This document shows positions 62,272-64,000 of a stretch of DNA of 64,000 nt, piece after piece. The notes beneath the pieces are model-generated. The model saw nothing but the letters and a program-made list of their open reading frames with translations. It ran no database searches and was not told the origin of the DNA. The position numbers were made by a program, and so were the translations under genes. The stretch is from Octopus sinensis (lineage: Eukaryota): the NCBI RefSeq assembly GCF_006345805.1, contig NC_043021.1, positions 2,542,001 through 2,606,000 on the forward strand. The letters run 5' to 3'. Within the stretch, counting starts at the first letter, position 1. Every line of letters begins with the position of its first letter.

Positions 62272-64000
62272 GAAATAATTTCCAAACGTTTTGGGAGTTA
62301 ATTAAACCAATTAAAGTAGCTTCGACTTGGAATAGAAAGAAAAACCGAACGCAAAATGTAATGAGTCGTAGCTTACTTTTTTCTTCTTCTTGTTGTCTCT
62401 CTCTTATTCTTAAAATATCGAAGGAGATAAACTGTATGAGAATATAAAACAATAAATCACCAACGAAGTCTTCTTATTTCTTGACATTTTCTTTTCAATT
62501 CCGACCGAGTATTTAACTATTATACGCAAGTTATCTCCCTTGACAGAGCCTCAAAGGAGGTCAATAGGCCTGTTAGAAATAGCAGTCGAACTACACTACA
62601 AGAACAACTTAACACATATTTAAAAAAGGTAAGACGTTGCATCACCGCCGTCGCAAGGCATGGGTACACTGGATTAGTTGCCCGGGCATCTCTCGGGTTT
62701 AGGGGTCAATTCCGACTTGCTGTCAATAAATACTATAGAACCCAATTTGTCCGAGGGTCCATAATACTTCTAAGCTGGGTTGTAAATTGCAATTTTTTTT
62801 TTTTAATATACAAACTTTATTATGCATATAATACGTGTGTATATGATACATATATATAGTATAAAAGAAAAACAGCAAGGATGGGGGGAAAGAAAAGAGA
62901 AAGACATCCATGCAGCACCAAGTGATTCAGTTGGTTGCACACCACAAGCGTACTTGTGGTTGAAATTGCCGAAATGCAAGAAATTAAAGAACAAATAGCT
63001 TACAAACTACAGAATTTTCTCAAGAAAGCCAAGAGAAAAAGATGTTTTATGTAACACATTCTACCAGTATACGAAGTTTAAAAGTGTTTAGTTTCAAAGA
63101 AATTATTTTAAAAATCTGCCGGTCAAAGCGAAAAGATCCGCGTATTTTTATCTTCAAATTAAATTCCATTTTCTTTTTCCAAAAATGCTTAATTTCCACT
63201 TAATGAACCATTCTGTATGCACTATATCATCAAGGTATAACTTGGGGGGAAATTCTTTTAAAAAAATAAAATAAAACTATTTCTAGAATAAGTATTTATA
63301 ATTATTTTAAGTATAGCTACAGGTTGGTTATCCATCACACACACACACGTTCGGCAATATTCATGTTTTAAATTAATTTTTTGCAGAGATACATTTTCAA
63401 GGCTGCAATCGTAGGATTATATTTAAAGTATTTTTTAAAGAAGTTTCGGATTATTCTTTGCTCCCACCTAACTCTATTGTCTTAAGATTCTAAAGACAAC
63501 TCTTATTTTTTTTTTAACATTAAACTCCGATATTCTTCTCGATCTAAAAGGTATTTCTTTTAAGAAAATTTCATTTAAAAATACCCATTTTTCTGAAAGT
63601 GGGGTTCACACTTATGTAGGCATGTCTCACAATAAATCTTATAAAATATGTGAAAAGGGCCTCAATTTTTAGGACAATTGGAAACAAAGTCGGGGAGGAC
63701 TGGGAAGAATGATCCGAAAGTTCTTGGGAAATTTTTTCTTTTCTAAATTTTATGAATATAATTTTAAATGTACACTAAAACAACAACCTGCCTTTGCAAA
63801 GTGAAGGTTCATTATAAGGTGAAAGTAAAGAATACGTACACCTGGTGTTTAGGGTTTTTGTTACGCCAAAAACGGTGGGGGAGAATGTATTCTTTACCTC
63901 CACACATTATAAAACTACGCATTTTCCAGAAAATTAGAAAGAAACAAAGTCGAGAAGAGGAATGTCACACCAAAGGTTAATGTGTGATTATGGTTTATTT

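Overview
AT-rich, repeat-saturated eukaryotic genomic DNA. The SINE/LINE/microsatellite content suggests a coleoid cephalopod, probably Octopus (inference, not verified). Three intron-containing genes are supported by translated homology plus splice sites with consistent phases. (1) The last exon of a FAM136A-like gene (+, 1085-1276). (2) An IRF1/2-type interferon regulatory factor (+, 22168 to about 38124): two firm DNA-binding-domain exons and a tentative chain of micro-exons. (3) WDR25 (-, 58151-49910, five coding exons) with a 1-nt frameshift in exon 2 that is probably an assembly error. Most other sequence is repetitive: tRNA-derived SINEs of three types, RTE LINE fragments and tails, Dong/R4-type RLE LINE fragments, CR1-like ends, piggyBac-, pogo- and MULE-like MITEs, a Helitron, minisatellites, a SINE-derived 179-bp array, and a 100-N gap. 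Most ORFs in the supplied track are repeat artefacts. No wholly new system is demonstrable from sequence alone. The best leads are a STAT/IRF motif cluster upstream of the IRF gene, an ISRE-like motif carried by the dominant SINE, SINE-to-satellite conversion via a recurrent microhomology, possible mutually exclusive IRF exons, and a foldback element carrying TTAGGG repeats. Repeat boundaries were read by eye and are approximate.
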